Origin: Candidatus Eiseniibacteriota bacterium
Lineage (GTDB): Bacteria > Eisenbacteria > RBG-16-71-46
Direction of reading: 5' to 3'
Assembly: GCA_963707915.1 (NCBI GenBank)
Contig: OY970178.1
Span: 1,024,001 to 1,088,000 of the forward strand
DNA length: 64,000 nucleotides
The notes below the pieces were generated by a model that was not told the origin of the DNA, made no database searches, and was given only the letters and a program-made list of their open reading frames with translations. Each line of letters opens with the position of its first letter. The stretch's first letter is position 1. This document shows, piece after piece, positions 42,035-51,224 of the stretch. A program made the position numbers and the translations under genes.

Positions 42035-42613
42035 ATGACGACCCCGACACGCTACGCGATCGAACCCGGGCCCGGCTTCCGCTCCCGCGAGGCCGCGCTG
42101 TTCGTCGCGCAGCTCGACGACCTCGGCCGGCGCCTGCTCGAGGACACCCGCACGCTCGCGCCGGCGGCGCTCGAGTGGCAGCCCGCACCGGGCCTGAACA
42201 CCATCGGCATGCTGCTCGCCCACGTCGCCTACTGGGAGGTGTTCTGGACGCGCATGGTGCTCGAGGGCCGGCCCATGCCCTTCGAGGTCCGCGACGTGCT
42301 GGGCCTCGACCGGGAGGACATCGGCACGCCGTTGCCGGCGGACGGGCGGGGGCCCGCGGGGCTCGCGGGGAAGGACATCGCGTTCTTCCACGGCCTGCTC
42401 GACCGGGCGCGCTCGCACACCCGTGCGGTCGCGCGGACCCTCGCGGACGCCGACCTGGAGCGCGAGGTCGTGCGCAAGCGCCCCGACGGGAGCGAGAACT
42501 CGATCACGGTGCGCTGGGCGCTCCACCACCAACTGGAGCACCTCGCCGCGCACCACGGGCAGGTGAACCTGGTGAAGCACCTGCAACGAGCCGGCGCGCG
42601 GCCCGGGGCGTAG
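42035..42613 (+). CDS. DinB/DUF664-family four-helix protein
   Basis: NTIGMLLAHVAYWE and WALHHQLEHLAAHHGQ His pattern; GGAGG SD. Confidence 0.85.
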   Translation: MTTPTRYAIEPGPGFRSREAALFVAQLDDLGRRLLEDTRTLAPAALEWQPAPGLNTIGMLLAHVAYWEVFWTRMVLEGRPMPFEVRDVLGLDREDIGTPLPADGRGPAGLAGKDIAFFHGLLDRARSHTRAVARTLADADLEREVVRKRPDGSENSITVRWALHHQLEHLAAHHGQVNLVKHLQRAGARPGA

Positions 42614-42652
42614 CCCGGCGCGCCGTCCTGCGCCGGAACGGGCCTCCCGCCC

Positions 42653-43822
42653 TCACTCCGCCGCCGCGAACTCCTCGAGGCGCGCCAGCCCCTCGGCGAA
42701 CACCGCAGGCTCCGGGATGAGGCTCAGCACCAGGTAGCCCTCCCCGGCGATGTCGTAGAAGTGGCCCGGGTGCACCACCACGCCGCGGGCGAGCAGGCCG
42801 AGCGCCCACTCCTCCTCGCTGCGCTGGCGCGGCACGCGCAGCACCGCACCCCAGCCGCCCTGCGCCGCGAGCACGCCCAGTTCCGGGCGGCGCTCGACCA
42901 GACCGGCCAGCCCCTCGAGGTTCGCCGCGATCCGCTCGCGCGTGCGCCGCTGGAACTCCCCGCGCGCCGCGAGCAGCGTCGGCAGCGCCACCTGCACCGG
43001 CGTCGACACCGAGAGGAACAGGTCCGCGATCCACTCGAGCCCGTGCAGCGCCTCGTCGCGGGCCGCCGCGGGACCGCCCGCCACGATCCAGCCCAGCTTC
43101 ATCTGGGGCATCCCGCAGACCTTCGAGAGCCCGCTCAGCACGAAGGTCGGCACCTGCGCCTCGCCCACCAGGCTCGGCAGCGGCGCGGCGCGGCCGGGCC
43201 GCGGGAAGTCGCCGAAGACCTCGTCCGAGACGATCGCGGCGCCGTGGCGCTCGCACAGCGTGCCGAGCAGGGCGCGCTCGTCCGCGTCGAGGCACGAGCC
43301 GGTCGGGTGGTTGGGCTGCACCACGATCACGCCGCACACGTCGCCGGCGAACGCCTGCTCGAGCGAGTGCCGGTCGAGGTGCCAGTCGCCGTCGTAGGCG
43401 AGCCGGTAGGGCCGCAGGCCCACGCCTTCGAGCGCGGCCAGCGGCTCGAACAGCGGGTACGACGGCGCGGGCACCAGGAACACCCCGCCCGGATCCGCGA
43501 GCAGCCGGAACAGGTGGGTGTAGGACTCGCTGGTGCTCGCGGTGAGCACGACGTGCCCGGGCGAGACCCGCGCACCACGCTCGGTGTAGTAACCGGCGAC
43601 CGCGTCGCGCGCCGCGCGGCTGCCGCGCGCATCGGGCTCGTAGCGGGCGCCTTCCGCCCGCGCCAGCGCGGCCAGTTCATTCGGGCCCGCCCCGCCGAGG
43701 CCGACGCGCGTCGGGTTCGTCTCGGACAGGTCGAGCAACCGCGCCTCCGCGGCACGGCACTGCTCCAGGGACCGGGCCCAGTCGTTGGGCTCGAAATCGT
43801 GCGGCAGCCGGCGCGAGAGCAT
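42653..43822 (-). CDS. PLP-dependent aminotransferase class I/II
   Basis: PSYPLF, PNHPTG, IVSDEVF, SGLSKVCG (PLP Lys); start ATG 43822. Confidence 0.9.
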   Translation of the reverse strand: MLSRRLPHDFEPNDWARSLEQCRAAEARLLDLSETNPTRVGLGGAGPNELAALARAEGARYEPDARGSRAARDAVAGYYTERGARVSPGHVVLTASTSESYTHLFRLLADPGGVFLVPAPSYPLFEPLAALEGVGLRPYRLAYDGDWHLDRHSLEQAFAGDVCGVIVVQPNHPTGSCLDADERALLGTLCERHGAAIVSDEVFGDFPRPGRAAPLPSLVGEAQVPTFVLSGLSKVCGMPQMKLGWIVAGGPAAARDEALHGLEWIADLFLSVSTPVQVALPTLLAARGEFQRRTRERIAANLEGLAGLVERRPELGVLAAQGGWGAVLRVPRQRSEEEWALGLLARGVVVHPGHFYDIAGEGYLVLSLIPEPAVFAEGLARLEEFAAAE

Positions 43823-43972
43823 GCGCCCGACGGTACGGGCCGCGCGCCCGGCAGGCAAGCGGCCCCGGCCGGGACCGCGCCGACCCCGTGCGGGGAACCG
43901 CAGGGCCCCATCCAGCGTCGGGCCCCGGCCGGATGGCCGGAGCCCGAGCGCCAGGCGATGGACCGGCCGCGG

Positions 43973-45274
<1,302 letters not shown>

Positions 45275-45406
45275 GGGTTCTCCTCGGGAGGTGGGTCAGG
45301 GTCAGGATCACGGCTGGACGCGGTGCATACTGCCCGACCCGCGCGCCGGGCTCAAGCGAAAACACGAGGATGACGACGCGGGCCACGATAAGGTATGCTT
45401 TCGCAC

Positions 45407-45658
45407 ATGAAGCGAACCACCCTGGTGCTCGACGCTGCGCTCTACGGGCGGCTCCGTCGGCGCGCGGCCGACGAGGGGCGGACCCTCTCCGACGTGGTCG
45501 AACGCGCCCTGCGGCTCGGGCTCGAGGCGCTGGCGTCGAGCCGGCGCGGCCGCGTCGCGCTCCCCTCCTACGAACTGGGCCCGTTCCTGGTGGACCCCGC
45601 GAGGCGCGAGACCTTCGGGGCGATGGTCTCGCGGCCCGGCGAGCCCGGAGAGCGCTGA
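45407..45658 (+). CDS. RHH-type antitoxin (VapB-like)
   Basis: MKRTTLVLDAALY..LRRRAA.EGRTLSDVVERALR; stop overlaps the start of the PIN gene (TGATG). Confidence 0.82.
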   Translation: MKRTTLVLDAALYGRLRRRAADEGRTLSDVVERALRLGLEALASSRRGRVALPSYELGPFLVDPARRETFGAMVSRPGEPGER

Positions 45659-46161
45659 TGCGGGCCGTCGACACCAGCCTGCTGGCCTACGCCGCCAACC
45701 GCCACGCCCCCGAGCACGCGCGGGCGCTGCGGGTGGTCGAGGCGCTGGCCAACGGCGAGGCCCCCTGGGCGCTGCCCTGGCCGGTGGTCCACGAGTTCCT
45801 GCGCGTGGTCACCCACCCGCACGCCGTGGCGCGCGCCCTGGCGCCGGCGGATGCATGGGCCTTCATCGACGCGCTGCTCGCGAGCCACACGGTGCGGTTG
45901 CTCGGCGCCACCGAGGCGCACGCCGCGGCACTCGACGAGGTGGTGGCCTCCCTCCCGCCGGGAGCCGGCCTCCCGCCCGGGGTCGAGACCGCCGTGCTGC
46001 TGCGCGAGCACGGCGTGCGGGAACTGCTCACCGCCGACCGCGGGATGCGGCGCTTCGCGTTCCTCAGCGTCCGCGACCCGGTCCACGGTGAGGCCTGGTC
46101 GCCCACCGAGCGGCCCGCCCGGCGTTACCGGGTGCTCCAGCCGCGCGCGGCGAAGGGGTAG
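45658..46161 (+). CDS. PIN-domain VapC-like toxin with degenerate active-site residues
   Basis: MRAVDTSLLAYAAN, WPVVHEFLRVVTHP, EHGVRELLTADR, VRDP. Confidence 0.82.
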   Translation: MRAVDTSLLAYAANRHAPEHARALRVVEALANGEAPWALPWPVVHEFLRVVTHPHAVARALAPADAWAFIDALLASHTVRLLGATEAHAAALDEVVASLPPGAGLPPGVETAVLLREHGVRELLTADRGMRRFAFLSVRDPVHGEAWSPTERPARRYRVLQPRAAKG

Positions 46162-46295
46162 GCCCGCCGCCGGTCCCGCCCGGGGCACCGGCGGCGAGCG
46201 GGCTCGACGGGTGTCCCGGGCCGGGGCGCCGTCCGCCGCGAAGAACGGGATGGACTCGACGGCGGACTTCGCTCACCATCCTCCCGGGAGCCGTC

Positions 46296-47786
46296 ATGAA
46301 TCGATCCCCCACCCGACTCGCGGACCTCGTCCGCCCCGCCCTCGCGCTGGCCTGCGCGGCAGCCCTCCTGCTGCCGTCCGGCCCGTCGCGCGCCGCTTCG
46401 CCCGGCTCCGCGCCCGACCCGCCCGCGAAGGCTGCCGCCTGGGACGACCCGCTCCTCCCGATGGTCCGCCGGATCGACCACTACCTGCAGGAGTTCCAGG
46501 TGGACGGCGTCACCATGGACTGGCGCTACTCCGTGATCCCCTCCGAGGAGATCCGCCAGACGGTGGTGTGCCAGTTGCTCGCCTACGTCGAGCTCGCGCG
46601 GCTGGACCCTCGGACCCGGCTGCGCGTCGAGATCGTCCGGCACGCGGACTTTCTGCTCGGCCGCCTCGCCGAGATCCGCTCGTACGGCCCGTTCGACGGC
46701 ATGCTGGCCTACAGCCTGCTCGGCGCGTACGAGATCACGCGCGAGCCGCGCTTCCTCGACGCGGCCTCGCTCATGATGACCGACCTGCTCGCCATCCCGA
46801 CCTCCGAGTGCCGGTTGAACGGCGGGCTGATGGTGGCCATGGCCACGGCGGCCTACTCGCAGTTGACCGGCGACGCCCAGGCCGGGCAGAAGACCCACGA
46901 CATCGTGGCGGGGCTGGTGCCCTACCAGAACGCGGACGGGAGCTTCCCGCACTGGTGCTGGGGCTCGCGCGACATCCACTACACCGCCTGGATGGCGATG
47001 GAGCTGATCCACATCGACCGCTGGATGGACGACCCCTACGTCGAGCCCTTCCTCTCCAGCATGTCGACGTTCCTCGCGGGACGCATCGCCCCCGACGGCC
47101 GGGCGATCTACGAGGAGCCGTGCCCGGGCGTGCCCGGCTGCACGCTCTACTACTACAGCCGCGCGACCGGCTGCGGCTACGACCTCGACAGCCGCGGCTG
47201 GACGGTGGAGCCGGCCTACTGCGGCCTGCTGTTCGACCGCCAGGGCTCGGAGAAGTACCAGCCGGTGATGACGTTCCTGGACTCGCTCGAGGTCGGGGGC
47301 ACCTTCTCGGACCTCTACGGCTACTGGCCGCCGCCCAGCGATCCCGAGTACCCGTGGACCACGGCGGACACCTCGGTGGTGTGCATGAGCATCAACCTGT
47401 GGACGCTCAGCACCGCGATCGCCGGCCGGGTCGAGCGGGGCGCGCCCGTCGACCTGGTGCTCGACGATCTCATCGACACGACCGCGATCACGGAGCCGCC
47501 GGCGGCGCCCGAGACGCGGCCGTTGGTGGTGCAGCCCAATCCCGCGAGCGGCGCCTGCGTCCTGCGCTTCTCCCTGGCCGCCCCGCGACGGGGCTCGCTG
47601 GCGGTGTTCGACGCGAGCGGGCGCCGGGTGCGCACGCTCGCCTCGGGAGACTTCGCCAGCGGCGACCACGTGCCCCGCTGGGACGGGCGCGACGACGCGG
47701 GCCGCGCTCTGCAGGCGGGCGTCTACTTCGCGCGCCTGCGACTCGACGACCGCACCGAGACCCGGCGGATCACGCTCCTGCGCTGA
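46296..47786 (+). CDS. Secreted helical (alpha/alpha-toroid-like) protein with FlgD-Ig/T9SS-like CTD
   Basis: Signal peptide; YQNADGSFPHW; C-terminus LVVQPNPASG...VFDASGRRVRTL...WDGRDDAGRALQAGVYFARL...RRITLLR. Confidence 0.82.
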   Translation: MNRSPTRLADLVRPALALACAAALLLPSGPSRAASPGSAPDPPAKAAAWDDPLLPMVRRIDHYLQEFQVDGVTMDWRYSVIPSEEIRQTVVCQLLAYVELARLDPRTRLRVEIVRHADFLLGRLAEIRSYGPFDGMLAYSLLGAYEITREPRFLDAASLMMTDLLAIPTSECRLNGGLMVAMATAAYSQLTGDAQAGQKTHDIVAGLVPYQNADGSFPHWCWGSRDIHYTAWMAMELIHIDRWMDDPYVEPFLSSMSTFLAGRIAPDGRAIYEEPCPGVPGCTLYYYSRATGCGYDLDSRGWTVEPAYCGLLFDRQGSEKYQPVMTFLDSLEVGGTFSDLYGYWPPPSDPEYPWTTADTSVVCMSINLWTLSTAIAGRVERGAPVDLVLDDLIDTTAITEPPAAPETRPLVVQPNPASGACVLRFSLAAPRRGSLAVFDASGRRVRTLASGDFASGDHVPRWDGRDDAGRALQAGVYFARLRLDDRTETRRITLLR

Positions 47787-48037
47787 GCCGGGCCAACCCC
47801 GGGTCGCGGCCGCTCTTCACTCGAGGCGGCCGGCGACCGTCCGGCTGCGGCGCGCGTCCGAGCGCCCGCCTCGACGCTGCACCGTCGCCCCAGGCTACAC
47901 TTCCTCCCGAGCAGTCCGGCTGCCGCGCGAGCGGGTGGGGCCGCGCGGATTCGCCAGGGCCAAGTCACCGAACGACTTGGTCCCTGCCTCGCCTTCCTGG
48001 CACGGCGTGGCCCGCCACTTGCGGGCGATTCGGTGGC

Positions 48038-49282
48038 ATGCCATATCCCATCCGCGGCCTGGAAGCCGCATCCCGCGCGATCCGTCTCGCCGCCGTGATC
48101 ACGGCGGCGGCCGCGCTGTCGCTCGCCGCCGGTTCCTGCGGCGTCTCCCCTCTCGCCCCGGTCAACGGCGCCGGTGCCGGCGCCGCGATCGGGACGGGGG
48201 CCGCTGCGCCGGCTGCGGGCGGAATCGAGGTCCCGGCCATCGGCGCGGTCGCCATCACGCGCGCTGGGGACCGGCTGAGCTTCTCGCTCGAGATCGTCCC
48301 GGATGACGAGCCTGCCGTGTCCCTCGTCCGACCCGGATCGAGCGCGCCCGCGCCCTGGACCTTCCGACTCTACTTGGACACCGACCGCGATCCGCTCACC
48401 GGCGACGAGGGCGGCGCCGACTTCGCGCTCATGCCCCGGCCGGACGGCAGGATCGGGCTCTGGCGTCGCCAGCCGTCCCGCTGGGAGCCGGTGGACGCGG
48501 CCCCGATGGCCTGGACGTCGTCGCGGATCGCCTTCGACCTGCCCGCGACGGCGCTGGGTGCCGGCAGCGGCCCCGTGGAGTACGTGCTGGACGTCTACGC
48601 GAGCACACCCGTCGCGGAAGGTCCGGGCCGCGTCCCGGCGGCCCGCTACGCCGGCCGCGGCGGGGGCACCCCCGACGAGCGCGCGCAGGTCCCCGCCATC
48701 TCGCACCTGCGCAGCGACGTGAAGTTCGGCACCCTGATCCTCACCGGCAACCTGAGCCAGCGCGGCAGTCGTGCGGAACAGCAGTACTCCCCCTATCGAC
48801 CCGGCGGATGGTGCCTGCAGGTGCTCCTCAACACGGACCAGCAACGGACCGGATACTGGCTGGGCTTCGATTACATCGTTCGCGGCGTGGAGTGGGAGCC
48901 GACCAGCGGGGCCTCGGTCGTGCGGCGGATCACGCTCGAGCCCGGCTACCCGGGCGGCTGGGGGCCGGCCAGCGGCACGGCCACCCTCCGGGTCAGCCGC
49001 GGCAGCTTCAGCATCGCCGTCCCGCTCGACGCGGTCGGCGGCGATGACGGCAACCTCGACTTCGTGCTGGAGACCTACGCCACAGTCGCCTGTCCGGAGT
49101 CCGATTCCGGGGTCAGCCAGCTCTACGCGGCCGACTACTTCGGCAGTTCCTCCGCCGGCGGACGCGCTGCCCTCGCCGTCCGCCGCGAGCCCGCCACGAG
49201 CGGGCCCGAGCGGTCGACCCCGCGGCCCTCGGGCCTCGTGGGCGCGGGGCTCACTCCCGCACGAACTCCGTCGCGCCCTTGA
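48038..49282 (+). CDS. Putative lipoprotein with two tandem DOMON/CBM9-like beta-sandwich repeats
   Basis: Lipobox-like LAAGSC; internal repeats WTFRLYLDTD..TG..GADF and WCLQVLLNTD..TG..GFDY, ending LPATALG..VEYVLDVYA and VPLDAVG..LDFVLETYA. Confidence 0.6.
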   Translation: MPYPIRGLEAASRAIRLAAVITAAAALSLAAGSCGVSPLAPVNGAGAGAAIGTGAAAPAAGGIEVPAIGAVAITRAGDRLSFSLEIVPDDEPAVSLVRPGSSAPAPWTFRLYLDTDRDPLTGDEGGADFALMPRPDGRIGLWRRQPSRWEPVDAAPMAWTSSRIAFDLPATALGAGSGPVEYVLDVYASTPVAEGPGRVPAARYAGRGGGTPDERAQVPAISHLRSDVKFGTLILTGNLSQRGSRAEQQYSPYRPGGWCLQVLLNTDQQRTGYWLGFDYIVRGVEWEPTSGASVVRRITLEPGYPGGWGPASGTATLRVSRGSFSIAVPLDAVGGDDGNLDFVLETYATVACPESDSGVSQLYAADYFGSSSAGGRAALAVRREPATSGPERSTPRPSGLVGAGLTPARTPSRP

Positions 49283-51224
49283 CCTCCGCGCCGGTCAGCA
49301 GGTCGCGGACGCGGATCTCGAGCCGGTAGCGGTCCGGCGCCAGCGACCGCGACGGGATGCTCACGAACTGCCGGCGCAGCGAGCCGACCTGCACCGCCTC
49401 GCGCGAGGTCGCGCTGACCACCGGCGCCTCGGGCCATACGAACAGCTTCGCCAGCCCGGTCTGGGCCTTCGGCACGCGCCGGACGATGTACTCGTACTCG
49501 AAGCGCGCCAGCCCGTCGGCGCCCGCCGCGAGGCGGTAGATCTCGAAGTACGCGACCAGCGGCTGCCGGCCCGCGATGCGCGCGTCGATGTTGGCCTCGA
49601 GCCGCACGGCCGAGCCGCTCACCATCAGGGCGGGCTCGCCGCACGCCAGCACCAGGTCACTGAGAGCGAGCCCGCGGGGCACGGGCGCGAGCGCCAGCCG
49701 GCCGCGAAACAGCCCGCGGCGGCGCTGCGCGTCGCGCACCGAGGCCACCACCTGGGACTCCCCGGCCGGCAACGCGGCGGAGAACTCCGCGACGCGGCGC
49801 GAAGTCGGGTCGCAGGCCGACACCGCCAGCTCGCCGGCGTCCCGCGCGATCTCGCGCCCGGTCGAGTCCAGCACCACCCAGCGCACCCACAGCGTGTCGC
49901 CCGGGCCCCCGGGCGCCTGGACCTGCGCGACCAGCCGTGGCCGGCCGTCGCTCTCGAAGCGCGCCGCGAGTCCCCCGACCTCGAGCCGCTGCGCGCTCGG
50001 CGGCAGCGTCGGGAAGACCGCCTGCCCGCCGCCCAGCGACAGCAGGTCGCCGCGCCTGGCCAGCACGCGCGGGTCGGGCACCGAGAGCGGGTCGAAAGCG
50101 CGCGTGGTCGCGGCCGTGTACCGGCCAGTGAGCGATCGGTCGTGCAGCACCACGCGCATGCCGAGGTCGGGGTAGCTCCACACCAACGCATCGAGCGGGT
50201 ACTCCGCCATGCCGGACCCCTTCCGGCCCGACTGGCCCAGGTCGTACTTGAAGGTGCCCGCCACGCCGGCGGGGTTCCGCTCGACCTTGCCCGGCGGGCC
50301 GTAGCGCACGTAGGTCTCGGCACGCGCGTCGAGCTCCGGCCGCAGCGGGTCGAAGAACAGCAGGTAGGCGTGCGCGACCCGCGCCCAGTATTCGAGCCGG
50401 GCCTCGTTCTGCGGCGTGGTCGGATCGGGATCGAGCCCGGCCCACGGATCGGCAGCGGAGCCCGGCGGCGCAGCGCCGGCCGCCGCTGCGCCGGGACCGC
50501 GGAGCCCGATCCACGCCGGCTTCTGGAACAGCGCCTGCAGCGTCGGGTCCAGCCGCGGGATGGCCGCGGCGAACAGGCTGTCCGCCCGCTCGATCTCCCC
50601 CCGCCGGTAGGCCAGGCAGGCGACCGCCAGGGGCGCCGCCGGGCGGCGCGGACGGCCTTCCAGCGCGCGCTCGGCGGCGGCCGCCGCCCCCGCGAGGTCG
50701 CCCCGCTCGTAGCGCAGGGGCACGAGCCTCAGCCAGGCGTCCGCGCCGTGGGGCCGCAGCAGCGCCACCGTGTCGAACGCCGCGACCGCGCGCTCGAGCG
50801 CCGCCCGGTCGATGGTGCGCAGGAACTCGCGCTTCCACGCCATGCCCAGCTCCATGTAGCCGTCGGGCTGGCGCGGCGCGAGCGCGATGGACCGGCGATA
50901 GCAACCGCGCGCGAGGTCGCCGTAGTCGCCCAGCTCGTAGGCCCGCCCCAGCGCGAGCCAGGGCTCCGGATCGCGCGGGGCGAGTCGGATGGCCTCCTTC
51001 AGGTCGCGGATCGCCCGCTGCCGCGCCTCGATCCCGCGGTCGGCCACGCCGTCCCACCCCCAGCGCGTGAGCGCCCGCGAGGTGGCGAGCGAGTCGGCGG
51101 CGCTACGGGCCCGCGGCGGCGCGGCACCGCCGGGCGCGGCGAGGAACACGAGCACGACGAGCGGCAGGAACGGCGGTCGGTGGCGCAGTGGACGGTCTCC
51201 GGAGTCGGAGAGCCATCCTCTCAT
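49251..51224 (-). CDS. Exported TPR plus GWxTD-domain protein
   Basis: Hydrophobic signal, TPRs (AIRLAPRDPEPWLALGRAY), WAGLDPDPTTPQNEARLEYWARVAHA...ARAETYVRYGPP, C-terminal Ig-like region (LSDLVL, YFEIYRL, YRLEIRVRD). ATGA overlap with upstream gene. Confidence 0.8.
   Translation of the reverse strand: MRGWLSDSGDRPLRHRPPFLPLVVLVFLAAPGGAAPPRARSAADSLATSRALTRWGWDGVADRGIEARQRAIRDLKEAIRLAPRDPEPWLALGRAYELGDYGDLARGCYRRSIALAPRQPDGYMELGMAWKREFLRTIDRAALERAVAAFDTVALLRPHGADAWLRLVPLRYERGDLAGAAAAAERALEGRPRRPAAPLAVACLAYRRGEIERADSLFAAAIPRLDPTLQALFQKPAWIGLRGPGAAAAGAAPPGSAADPWAGLDPDPTTPQNEARLEYWARVAHAYLLFFDPLRPELDARAETYVRYGPPGKVERNPAGVAGTFKYDLGQSGRKGSGMAEYPLDALVWSYPDLGMRVVLHDRSLTGRYTAATTRAFDPLSVPDPRVLARRGDLLSLGGGQAVFPTLPPSAQRLEVGGLAARFESDGRPRLVAQVQAPGGPGDTLWVRWVVLDSTGREIARDAGELAVSACDPTSRRVAEFSAALPAGESQVVASVRDAQRRRGLFRGRLALAPVPRGLALSDLVLACGEPALMVSGSAVRLEANIDARIAGRQPLVAYFEIYRLAAGADGLARFEYEYIVRRVPKAQTGLAKLFVWPEAPVVSATSREAVQVGSLRRQFVSIPSRSLAPDRYRLEIRVRDLLTGAEVKGATEFVRE

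Noticed and set aside
45275..45400. SAH or SAM riboswitch upstream of ahcY
   Set aside because: No recognisable consensus elements by eye; the short region is largely taken up by divergent promoters. An Rfam scan would settle it.
45851..48037. N-terminal part of the 1143-aa ORF 45851-49282
   Set aside because: Overlaps vapC and the 46296-47786 gene out of frame; the plausible coding part starts at 48038.
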